DNA of 63,341 bases, filler included, from Octopus bimaculoides (lineage: Eukaryota), in the NCBI RefSeq assembly GCF_001194135.2. It is 4 parts of 4 records of this genome, joined end to end, with 100 filler letters (N's around TTAATTAATTAA, not from the genome) between each part and the next. Parts side by side here need not be neighbours in the genome. Positions count along the whole stretch, not along the records: positions 18,932 to 30,207 come from NC_068986.1; positions 30,308 to 52,273 come from NC_069005.1; 2 more parts are not named here. One strand, written 5' to 3'. The notes beneath the pieces are model-generated. The model had not been told where the DNA came from. It made no database searches and was given only the letters and a program-made list of their open reading frames with translations. Position numbers and translations under genes: made by a program. Positions 24,111 through 35,425 of the stretch are shown in pieces. How positions within the stretch are numbered: the stretch's first letter is position 1; each line of letters starts with the position of its first letter.

Positions 24111-24272
24111 CATCCAGCACACTCTGTAAAGTGGTTGGCATTAGGAAAGACATCTGGCCACAGAAACCATGCCAAATCAGACTGGAGCCTGGTGTAGCTC
24201 TCCAGCTTGCTAGCTCTGGTCAAATCGTCCGACCCATGCCAGCATGGATAATGGACATGAAATGATGATGAC
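24110..24272 (+). mobile_element. RTE-type 3' tail
   Basis: cacactctgtaaagtggttggcattaggaa...gactggagcctggtgtag...cgtccgacccatgccagcatgga...aaatgatgatga. Confidence 0.85.
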
Positions 24273-24734
24273 AAACCTGCAACTGTATCTTTTCTCAGTC
24301 TTTTCTCTTTTATTTGCTTTCATCATTGGGCTGCAGCCATGCTGTGGTATTCTCTTGAAAGATTTAGTCAAACAAATCAACCCTTTTATTTACTCTATTG
24401 GTTACTTTTACTGAAAGGCATGGAAATGGAATTCCATAAAACTGACGTATTGAGAAGGAAGTGTAGTAGCTATTTAGAGAAGGTGTCAAGGACTGAACCC
24501 AGAACCATGTGGTTGGGAAGCAAGGTTCTTACCATGCAACCATGTCTGCACCTGAAAAAACATGTCTGATCATGAGGAAATATTACCTTGCTTTAAAACA
24601 GTCCTGGTGGGGGGGGGGGTCTATTTGTTCCATTAAAACCCTTCAAGGTGGTGCCCCAACATGGCTGCACTAAAAAATAACAGAAACAAGTAACAGATAA
24701 AAGATATGGGTACAAAGTTTGAAATTTATGGGTA

Positions 24735-24905
24735 GGAATCTAATTGATTACACGATTACACCAACCCCAGTACTCAACTGATACTTATTTTATCAACCCC
24801 AAAATGTTGAAAGGCAAAGTTGACATCATGGATTTTGAATTTGGAACATAAAACCAGAAGAGATGCCACTAAGCATTTTGTCTGGTGTGCTATCAATTCT
24901 ACCAG
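24735..24905 (-). mobile_element. SINE family B (CpG-decayed copy)
   Basis: ccccagtactcaactgatacttattttatcaacccc...aaaggcaaagttgac...ctaagcattttgtctgg. Confidence 0.75.
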
Positions 24906-24954
24906 TTTCCAGTCCTGATAAGTAATTTCAAACCAGAACTATGAGAATACAATC

Positions 24955-25675
24955 TATGGAATGTGTTCAAAAAATATCTGACTTCATATTTTTCTTGCTA
25001 AAACTAATGCCATGTGGACAAAATCCTTTGAGTTGAAGGTGATGCCACCTTTCCTGCACATGTGTAAAAATTTTTTCACTGGTAGGTGGAGTCACTTCTG
25101 TTGCTACGCCAACACCTTGAAAACAAATTTTGCTGACACTCTCCACATACACAAATCATCCATTAAAATGGAATGCACTTATTTTGTACTTATTCCCATT
25201 TTGTGAGCAATTTTCTGGATTGTTACAAGATGGTCTTCCCTGACTATTCACTGAACCTTCTCAATTGGCTTTTTGTTTTGGTTTGTGGATGGCCTGTCTG
25301 ATCATACCTTGCCCCCCCCCCATTGAACTGCGACCATGTTTAAAGCAGCTGTACCATGCCTTGATCTGAGTTTTGCCCATGGTATCATCATCAAAAGCCT
25401 GCTGAATCTTCTAGATGGTTTAAACTTGAATATCACCAAGCTTTTGGCAAATCTTGATGCAATATTTCTGCTCGATGTAATATCTCTGCTCAATGCATAC
25501 TTCACATCTGTACTCTAGGCATAACAGCCAGGGAATGACACGGTCTCGTGGTAAGAAAATTTTCACAAATATGCTGGAAGTTGTGTCGTCATCTCCCACC
25601 CAAAAGATTTTGCCAATATGGCATTAGGTTTGCTGGGGAAAAATATAGTTGGATTCTCTTTGAACACACCTCATG
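24955..25675 (-). mobile_element. Internally deleted mariner element with both TIRs
   Basis: TIRs TATGGAATGTGTTCAAAAAATATC and (reverse complement) CATGAGGTGTGTTCAAAGAGAATC. Translation EQKYCIKICQKLGD...MGKTQIKAWYSCFKHGR...SILMDDLCMWRVSAKFV is the mariner HTH region. Confidence 0.85.
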
Positions 25676-26252
25676 TTGCTTTAAGATGAATATGTACCAT
25701 AACATTTAATCCTTTTATGAACATATTTCTAATGAAATACACTACGTGTTTCAATTATTTTTGAAAATACTCAAAAATTTTAAGAAATTTCGTAGAACAG
25801 TCAATCTTTTTATAATTCAACCAGTGTTTGATACATAACTTAACAAAAAATTCCTACTTAAGATTTTTCTGGTAAGTTTTAATTTAAATATGAACACTTG
25901 AGAAAGAGAGGTTTTTATCTCATAGAACCAGAGGTGGTCTTAGGCAGGTTGGTATTAAGATTTTTATTCTAGGAATTTGTGGAAGAAAATTACTTAACTG
26001 TGTATCAAATATGTACTGCATTTAAGATTAATTATTATAGCATTAAAAATTAATTATTATAGCATAAACTGGGCAGAAAAGCTCAAATTATGCATATCAC
26101 TAGACATTATAAAATTTCTAATGTTTATTTAAAAAAACATATATTATCTACAATATACTTAATATTTGAGTGTTTAATGTAAATTATAAGGTATTTGTGT
26201 AGGTTTTTATAGAGGTTAATTGAAGAAGCAGTTGATAATTAATCAACAGGGA

Positions 26253-26462
26253 TTAACCCTTTTGTTACCTTATTCCTGTCAGCATGCACTGATTTTGTTT
26301 CAGTTAATTTGAAAATAATGAAGAATTAGTAAAATAGCTTTCTCATTATTAAGCTGGCGTTTGGAACACAAATTAACATGAATTTTTGATGGAAGGTTTT
26401 ATGTAGATTACTTTAATACAGAATTTGTAATATAGAAATAAGTGGGTTTCAAGCAGGTTGAC
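26253..26462. mobile_element. TTAA|CCC-type (piggyBac-like) MITE fragment; related decayed copy at about 25705-25960
   Basis: Starts TTAA|CCCTTTTGTTACC. The two copies share gaaaata..aaga.tt..tagaa, ttaacatgaa and caggttg blocks. The right TIR is not seen. Confidence 0.45.
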
Positions 26463-26565
26463 AAAAAATTGCTTCAAAATATTGATTCAAATTAAAGTAA
26501 TAGAGAATCAACTTTTTGAAAATATTTTTTGTCTAGTACAATTCTCACTCATCTTATCCCTTCTC

Positions 26566-27190
26566 CATCATCATTTAATGTCTATTTTTCATGCTGGCAT
26601 GGGTTGGACAGTTTGACAAGAGCTGGCAAGCTGGAAGGCTGCACCAGGCTCCAGTCTGATTTGGCATGGTTTCTATGGCTGGATGCCAACTACTCTGAGT
26701 ATGTAATGGGTGTTTTTACATGCCACCAATACAGGTGCCATTTGCATGACATCAGTATCTGCCACAACTGTTATTTTACTTGGCTTGATGGATCTTCTCA
26801 AGCACAACATAATGCCAAAGGTCTTGGTCATTGCCTCCATGAGGTCCAACACTCAAGAGGAGCTTTTCACATTCCACTGGCTTCTTCCCCACTCTAATAT
26901 TTCCCATCAACCACACCTCCACCCTTGTTCATCACTCACTACATTCACTTCTACCCCCATTTCTAACCATCCCTTATTCTCCTGTCACACTATTATGAAA
27001 CTCCCCATCTTCTTCTCCTGATCCATTACTCATGTTGGTTCTTATGCTCCCCTTCTCATACCCAAAGTGTTTGTTCTAGCACCCCTTCACTACCATCTTA
27101 TCTTCTTCCCAGTTACTCCTACCCATCCTTATATAAAGTGAGGTAGCCATGTATCTTCCCTATAGCATGACACAAGCCATTTAACTTAAA
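26566..27190 (-). mobile_element. RTE-clade LINE 3' end
   Basis: The minus strand has a decayed ORF end (LMEAMTK..LW..VLEK-like) and a tail ccatgccagcatg...attaaatgatgatg identical in type to the other RTE tails. Confidence 0.7.
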
Positions 27191-27209
27191 GCTAGCCTCA
27201 TCGCTCCAA

Positions 27210-27711
27210 ACAAGTTTGGATGGAAATGCTGCATATTCCTCGCATTTGCCAAGATACCACTCCAGTCAGGATTGTCTTCATGCAGAGTGTAGACTGATGT
27301 TGGAATGTAACATTTTCAATGAACTTGATTTGGGGATTCCTGTCTCAGAAGTCATTTGTCATACAGATTTCTGTGGGGATCGGTGGAGGGTTTCCAGCAA
27401 TCGTTTTTCCTTTGCAGAGATGATTGCTGACCATGGTCTTCTTGAACACTCCTTATGAACATCATGCAACAGTTCCATCTGATTCAACTCATTCAGATGT
27501 GAGCAATGGTACGTCATGTTGGTAGATCTTTGTGAAAATGTCTTCTAAATTGTCTTTGCAATTCCATGATGTTTTCCTGCCTCCAGCTGCACTTCATGAT
27601 ATTTTTCTTCTTTAAAACTTAGTCATACTTCTGCCATTATAAGGGTCAATTTGATCGGAAGAGAAATGAAAAGTTCACTGAGTTATGAGGAGTACATGTT
27701 TTGGGGACACC

Positions 27712-27716
<5 letters not shown>
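27210..27716 (-). mobile_element. Tc1/mariner-superfamily element, 5' part (Tc3/DUF4817-like HTH)
   Basis: Terminus TA|CAGGGTGTCCCCAAAA. Frameshifted translation MAEV.LSF...ESDGTV.DVHKECSRRP...RLLETLHRSPQKSV.QM..ETGIPKSS. Confidence 0.75.
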
Positions 27717-27755
<39 letters not shown>

Positions 27756-27922
27756 TATATACTTTTATAAAACAAATTTTACAAACCATGATGTGGTTTA
27801 TTTTTCCGGGATACCCTATTGAAATGTGCATAGGTTTGGCTTATTGTGGTTGTTTCTGTTATTATAATTGTTGCTGCAATAAAGTATCTTCAATGCATTG
27901 ATTTTGAGCTCTNNNNNNNNNN

Positions 27923-27952
<30 letters not shown>

Positions 27953-27958
<6 letters not shown>

Positions 27959-28272
27959 GAATGGAAAAACAAAACCAAGGCATCTCAGGTCTTTTTGAAT
28001 ATTTAATTAGAGTAAAGGTAACTCAAAAAAGGAAAAGTTAGAAGTAAGTAATGTCTTACAGCTGTTTCTGGGTTATCTCAGGTGATGAGTCAAGATCTTC
28101 ATACACTGGGTATTCCATCAGTGTACAGAGATGTTGACCCATCACAGAAACAGCTGTAAGACATTACTTACTTCTACCTCTCCCTTTTTTTTATTTACCT
28201 TTACTCTAATTAAATTTTCTAAATGACCTGAGATGCTCATTATGCCTTAGTTTTGTTTTCCTTTAATATATA
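27953..28272. mobile_element. Foldback MITE, almost fully self-complementary
   Basis: The arms share gcatctcaggtc, ttaattagagtaaaggtaa, tagaagtaagtaatgtcttacagctgtttctg and tgatg.gtcaa.atct..tacactg around the loop ggtattccat. The right end is CCT|TTAA. Confidence 0.85.
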
Positions 28273-29569
28273 CTGACTGATTGACTCAGAAGCCTACTAC
28301 TGTTCCCTTGCTCCAGCCTCAGCTGCGAACCTGGAACCTAACAGATGACCAACAACAGCACTTACACAGCGTACCTATCGGTTTACATCAGCAGTGAACT
28401 AAACCCCTCATATTCTTTACATATATATATATTATGGTCGTGGTGGTGGTGGTGGTGGAAAGAACTGATGGTGTTGCTGAATGATAAAATAGAAATAAAA
28501 TAGAGACATGTCACATCTGAGAGATATTCTAAATGGAAAATGGACAGTATATCATATGACATAATGAATAGACCATCTAGCATATCACATGACCAAAAGA
28601 TATAAAAAGAAAACAATATTGCCTTGTTTATCTGTTACTTACATTTTTATGGTAAGTTATAGTTGTGATTCCATTTTGATGTTAACGACTAGGAGGAAAT
28701 ACCTAAAGACATGTTCTATATGAAAACCAAATCATAAACTCAATGCTAACACCTATGGCAATGAACTATATAACCTTTAGAAGATATCAGTGAAAGTGTC
28801 TAAAAAGCAGAATATATTCCTTCAATGATGCCCGTGGAAGCACCTCAATGTCATCCAGTAGAGAAAGAATTACAAACGAGGACATTTTTTTTGCAGAGCA
28901 ACTTTCAGTCATTGCAAAGTATTGTGATGTTACGTCATTTTCACCTGTCAGGTCATGCTTTGTACCTGCCAACTGCTCAATGTGCAAAAGATTGCAATGT
29001 CATGGAATGAAAGAAAAGAAAAAGAAAATAGTTAGGGTTACAAACACCTGCTACCAAACATTCCAGGGAAGTCACAAACAAAGAACTGCAGCAGATCAAC
29101 CACTAGCTACTTTATTATGCATCTCATAATGTAGGAGCACCTAAATTTAACACATGTATTGTAGTGAACCAAGAAATTATGATCAATAAAAATTAATCCC
29201 ATAGTGACACCAAAGAATCGCTAACTTCATGAATAATTCTGGTCACACTTCTGCCAATATCATCTCACTCCCTACTGCATAGCTTACATTCTACTTTTAA
29301 TTAGTTACAATTTCTTGGGTCATTAAACTAAGTATATTAGCACTGACTTAATCATACAGGTATTGGTAACACAGGGATGCAAGAAGCAGGACACAATACA
29401 ACAGTTTCTTGGTGAATTTTTCAGACTCACTGAAATATGGCAGCCTTTACAATGCAAGGAATTAAACATTTACAAATGATAAATATATGTGTATGCATGC
29501 ATACATACATACACACATGCACACACACACACACACAGATACATACATACATACAGTTGAACTAATTTT

Positions 29570-29938
29570 GACGGATGGCACCCATGCCAACTTCATCGCC
29601 TTCATTGGACACAGAAACTCGGCTTGCGAAGACCTGTTGAGGCAAGCGAAAGCGAAATCGTGATGGCACCTGTGCCGATGGCACGTGTAAGGACATTCGA
29701 GCGAGATCATTGCCAGTGCCGCTGGACTGGCTCCTGTGCAGGTGGCACGTAAAAGACACCATTTTGAGCGTGGCTGTTGCCAGTGTCGCCTGACTGGCCT
29801 TTGTGCCGGTGGCACGTAAAAGCACCCACTACACTCTCTGAGAGATTGGAGCCTGGTGTAACCACCTGGTTCACCAGTCCTCAGTCAAATCGTCCAAACC
29901 ATGCTAGCATGGAAAGCGGACGTTAAACGATGATGAGG
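29570..29938 (+). mobile_element. Young repeat with an RTE-type 3' tail
   Basis: Repeated ggcacgtaaaa units, then gcacccactacactctc...ccatgctagcatggaaagcggacgttaaacgatgatga. CpGs are retained. Confidence 0.85.
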
Positions 29939-30251
29939 ATACATACATACATATATGCATGTAATATTTCCGAAAATGGTTTCAAAGGGATATATAATCT
30001 TCGTGGTTACCATGTTTCCTCTTAAATTGGTTTTCAATGACAGCTAGCCACAGCAAGTGTTGGTGATACCTGAGTTAGTGATAAGTTACTAGACTCTGGT
30101 TATTATCCTCATTTGGTAAAGGAAGAATGCTGAAAAATGTATAATAAAATTATAGATGTGGAAAATCTCCATTCTTCTGCCCTTTATTAATATATATATA
30201 TATATATNNNNNNNNNNNNNNNNNNNNNNNNNNNNNNNNNNNNNNNNNNNN

Positions 30252-30263
30252 TTAATTAATTAA
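30252..30263. other. Artificial scaffold-join linker
   Basis: TTAATTAATTAA centred in an N gap. Confidence 0.9.
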
Positions 30264-30307
30264 NNNNNNNNNNNNNNNNNNNNNNNNNNNNNNNNNNNNN
30301 NNNNNNN

Positions 30308-30340
<33 letters not shown>

Positions 30341-31439
30341 TAAATGTTGACGATGGCTTCAAAGTGTTGGCTTATTATTTGTAATCAAACACACTGATAA
30401 CGGCTCGAAAGCCGAAACTTCCAAATCACTGCAATACGTTTTCGTGTGAAAAAAAAACTGAATAAATATTTACTCAGCTAAAATGAATTGAGTGATCGTT
30501 CAGTTTAATGTTAATTTGCATTTGTATACAGCTTCACATGAAATCAAACTTCAGAACACACACACACACACACACAGTATATCACTTCTGTATTGGAAAC
30601 TCGTGTGATATGAATAACGTTGTAAGAGATTGATTCCACACAAGAGATATCACCATTGAGTCAGAAAATTCCTACTGCTGTGACAGACGTCACCTTAACG
30701 AGACAAATGGTAATGAATTCTATATCGTATGCTATAACATTAACCATTCACACATATCTGTATCGTTATCCCCACCAAGATATACGGTTGATTCCACTAT
30801 CATTTTTTATTCTGCTACTGCACGGTTAATGACTAGATATACACTGGAATTTGTCTTGTTGGTTTTATATTTACATGAAAATAAAATTACTGTGGCTGTT
30901 TACTCTTATATGTCAATGAAAATAATAGGTGTTAGAAATATCGTTTCGTACTGAGATCACCAGCATCGTTCAGATTATAATCTTCACAAAGCAGATATAC
31001 CCATAATAGATAAACGTTCCATTTGATACATATGGGCTCATATCTTCTAGTTGATTTAGTCACTGCTCCGCGAAATCGCCTCAATACTCTTTTATTGTAC
31101 TTGTTTTCTCAAAGTGTGATACATATTATATCTTTCTTGTTTTGCCAAACCACTATGTTAAGGGGCGTAAACTAACTGAAAATGTTGTCCAAGGTTGGGA
31201 GAAAAAAACAAACACAAACCTGCTCTCATATAAACATCCTTCATTCTCATAAAGTTGAAAGTGCTTGTGGAGTCATGGGTTATGGGGATCACTTATATTG
31301 ATGTGGGTTGATTCACTTGTTAGTTTGTCTTGTAGGCTTGGATAAAGCTTAGATAATGGTTTCTAGTTCTGGAAGTCTTTGTGGCATACGTACATACATA
31401 CATACATACATGCATACATACATGCACACACACACACAG

Positions 31440-31516
<77 letters not shown>

Positions 31517-31757
31517 NNNNNNNNNNNNNNNNNNNNNNNNNNNNNNNNNNNNNNNNNNNNNNNNNNNNNNNNNNNNNNNNNNNNNNNNNNNNNNNNNNNN
31601 NNNNNNNNNNNNNNNNNNNNNNNNNNNNNNNNNNNNNNNNNNNNNNNNNNNNNNNNNNNNNNNNNNNNNNNNNNNNNNNNNNNNNNNNNNNNNNNNNNNN
31701 NNNNNNNNNNNNNNNNNNNNNNNNNNNNNNNNNNNNNNNNNNNNNNNNNNNNNNNNN

Positions 31758-31795
<38 letters not shown>

Positions 31796-31824
31796 CCACA
31801 CACACACACACATACACGTAAACA

Positions 31825-32035
31825 TTCTTTTCTACTCTAGGCATAAGGCCCAAAATTTTTGGGGGAGTGGGCCAGTCGATTAGATCGACCCCAGTACGCA
31901 ACTGGCATTTAATTTATCGACCCCGAAAGGGTGAAAGGCAAAGTCGACCTCGACGGAATTTGAACCCAGAACGTAAAGACAGACGGATACCACTAAGCAT
32001 TTCGTCCGGCGTGATAACTTTTCTGCCAACTCGCT
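31825..32035 (-). mobile_element. SINE family B
   Basis: cttttctactctaggcataaggccc...gatcgaccccagtacgcaactgg...gtcgacctcgacggaatttgaacccagaacg...ctaagcatttcgtccggcg. Confidence 0.88.
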
Positions 32036-32300
32036 GTCATACATATGTGTAAATATTGTCGACTTATTGTTATAGTAGAAGCCATTTGCCCTAGTTGCAG
32101 CGCAATGGATCTGAACCCGAAACCACGTCTTTGCAAAATGGGCTTCTTAGCTCCACATCGGTATTTGCACTTACTGCATTAAGAAAATCTTGGGGACCCC
32201 ATAAGAAGAAAAAATTACATTTCAATGTGTTTTTCTTATTAAAACACCAGATTTTGATTTGACGCTTATTCTGATGCTTATTAATTTGATTAGATGCTCA

Positions 32301-33690
32301 TTAATATTTGTCCAAATTATTGCCATCGAGGATATTAATATATTCCAACAATTGTTTTGATATTATGATAGCGGAGAACTAACAACAAGTTATGCTTACT
32401 GCCAGAATGTGTTTCCATTTGTGCTGAAAGCACAATGGCGTCACATGAAAGTAAAGCGTCTTCGTAACTAAATATATCAGATATTCAGTAATGTCAATGA
32501 TACTCATTCACACTATTGTCATCCAGTTAGTTACTAACAAACTGAGCGATCACATAGTCTCTTTGTAAGAAGCTAATTATATATAAATTGGAAAGGAGGC
32601 AGAAATATGACGGACAGAACAAAGGAATTTCATGTGGTATATTTATAAAATATCAATTTTAAAGCATTTCACACATGTTCCGGGCAAAATATTCAGAATT
32701 CACTCAAAATTCTTGTAAGAGGCAAGCATTTCTAAAATATTACAGCTGTGGCCATTCCGTAGTCGTTTTTTTGTTTAATTTTTACTGATACTATAATGTT
32801 TGATGTGTCTTTATTACTATGTAAAGACGTTACGGTGTGTGGTTTCGCTACTACCTCTAGCAGACAGAGCCACCGAGTGGAGGTGTTTGGATCAAGCAAA
32901 CTGTTGTATTTTACGGAATTAATTTCATTTGATTTTACTTCACACACAATTTTGTTCTGATATTTTGCCGCTTTTTCTTGCATATCGAAATACACGCTAG
33001 ATGTTTTGTACCCGCCATCTCGAATACAGTGCTGTGTTTTACGGAAGTGTCTCCATTTTATTTTATCACAGCCACAATTTTGTTCTGTTATAAGATGTGT
33101 GATCTCATTGATTTCAATGTCGACAACATATATTTGTAAGTATTTAAGTTAACATTAGACAACCGAAAACCCACGTAACAATCAGCTCTAATGTGTATTT
33201 GAATCCAGTGGGAAAATTACAAATTTCTCTTAAAATGTCAGCCATCGACCAAGTAGAATGTTTCCAATGATTATAAAATGCTTCAAAGGATAAAGCGCTT
33301 TAACAGTGTTACAAAAAATTAATGGTGACAAAATGGAAGCGATGTGAAATGTTTTTGTGTGCAGGTTGTTTGGAAAACAGAATCCTCTGTAATTACATTC
33401 ACAAAAATATACTTGTTGAAAGCAATAAATCATTATAAATAATTTTGCCCACATATTAATATCTGTTCAAAGTATTATCATCGAGAGCGTTAATGCATTG
33501 CAACAATCGTTTTGATATTATGATAGCGGAAAACCAACAGCAAGTTATGCCCACTGAAGGAATGTGTCTCCATTTGAGCTGAGAGTACAATAGCGTCACA
33601 TAAAAGTAAAGCGTTTGTGTAACTAAATATATCTCATGTTTAGTAACGTCAGTGATACTCATTCACACTATTGTCATCCAGTTAGTTACT
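32301..33690 (+). repeat. Two ~235 bp diverged direct repeats (32301-32535 and 33457-33690)
   Basis: Shared blocks include ttttgatattatgatagcgga, caagttatgc, gcgtcacat.aaagtaaagcgt and gatactcattcacactattgtcatccagttagttact. Confidence 0.88.
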
Positions 33691-35204
33691 GCTGTCCAAC
33701 ATTTGTTTGATATTCTGACAGATGAGAACCGTCAAAAAGCTATGTTTAGTGTCTAGATCCGTCCTAACTTGTGCTCAATGCAGAATGGTGACACATAAAA
33801 ATTATAACTTGGCGCTACTAAATAAACTTGTTAGTATTTCATTTATATCTCGTATCCATCCGCACGCACTGATGAATTGTATTTAATAGTTGTTTAATAC
33901 ACCATTAGATATATTACTGCTGAGCTTCAAAGGGTAAATACATTAGACACGCATTTTCTTAAAATGAGTAAATACTTTCACTCGCAAAAGAAAAAAAAAA
34001 TGAAAATTAGTTTTAGTTTTCATTCTTAACTTCTTTATTGATGAGAACACAAAAGAAAATTTGTAGTCACATAATTCTATTTTTACAGACTCCGATATTT
34101 TACATTACAATTACACCTATAGCAAAATAATAAAGACGGAGAGTTTTCTACAACGCGCAAAGATCAAAAGGGCTGGTACTGTATAAACTAAAATTTCTTG
34201 ACTGTTTTCACCTTTGATGATGTTAAATATGTGAAGATAATTAAACTTACCCTTCTCATATAGTACGATGCTCTCTGCCTTCAATGTATTTTCTAATATT
34301 TTACTTCTTTATCACAATACTTCAACGCTCTTCTTTAATTATGCCAGTAAATAAACCATCTTAATTTTCCACCCTTTTTCAATCCTAGAGCTAACTACAT
34401 GTAGCACTAACGATTGAAGGTGTTTCTCATAATTAGGAGTGATGCTTATGAGAAACACTGCATTAGGTTATCTATCCTACAAACTTTATTTGCTTTATAT
34501 TCGAGCAGTTGTGGTATCATGAGTTTTCACATCCTTGTTGCTTTGTTTGTCTTTCTTTAACTCCAGAACAAACCTATTAATGCATAAATATAATCAAAGT
34601 CACTTCGACCTTATACTTTTTTGTCGTTCATTTTTAGGGCCTGGAATATCTATGATTGGATTTTTTCTTTTTTTTAAAGACTGCAGTCGTAAGAGATTTT
34701 TGAAATGGAATTGTCTGCTGATTTCAATAGGCCAATCTATCACAGAGGGTGTTCATCAATAGCTCATTTCGAAGTTCTCTAATTGCTTTAGCAAATAAAA
34801 ACGTCAGTCAAATTTGTTCCTCGGTATTACTCATAAAATTGCAGTAATGGGGCTGTCAGCCTCAGGCCACGCTTTTATGACGGTAATAATTTTGGGGCTG
34901 TAGTATAATCTTGAATGATGCTGGTAGGGGATAAACTCTGGTGTTACTTCTTGCGACACACTCCATAGTTGTGCCGTTGTTTCTTCTAAGGCATTTCTAT
35001 TATTAAGACAACTGAATAATTGTCGTACATATTTTTCCTCGCCCAGTCCAGACTAGATTTAGATATGGATATAACTGTCATTCAAGTCTGTTGTTGAGTT
35101 TAGTAATCGAGGATTTCGGTGATGTTGGTTATCAAGATCATTCGAATTTCACTTTTTGCTTCACTTAATCTTTCTGGATATCCAATCACTACCTTATTTA
35201 TTCC

Positions 35205-35425
35205 TTTATTGCCCACAGGAGGCTAAACAAAGAAAGGACAAGCAAGGACAGACAAAGGCTGTCAGTCGATTACATGACCCGAGTGCGTAACTGGTATTTA
35301 TTTAATCGACCCCGAAAGAATGAAAGACAAAGTCGACCTCAGCGGAGTTTGAACTCAGAACGTAACGCTAGACAAAATACCGCTAAGCATTTCGCCCGGC
35401 GTGCTAACGATTCTTCCAGCTTGTC
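35205..35425 (-). mobile_element. SINE family B
   Basis: tcgattacatgacccgagtgcgtaactgg...gtcgacctcagcggagtttgaactcagaacg...ctaagcatttcgcccggcgtgctaacgattct. Confidence 0.88.

Noticed and set aside
28700-29130. Possible L1/Tx1 C-terminal zinc-binding remnant
   Set aside because: The Cys/His spacing could not be reconstructed convincingly.
30395-30440. Second hammerhead candidate (CTGATAA-CGGCTCGAAAGCC-GAAAC)
   Set aside because: G8 is mutated, the stem III G is missing, and there is no stem I complement. At best it is a dead relic.
34300-35052. 73-codon stop-free minus frame (34834-35052) and downstream SEFIR/Act1-like patches (RFVLEL..VFLISITPNY)
   Set aside because: Stop-free runs of this length are expected by chance in this much sequence. 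The SEFIR-like part has several stops and coincides with a DNA palindrome. An HMM search would settle it.
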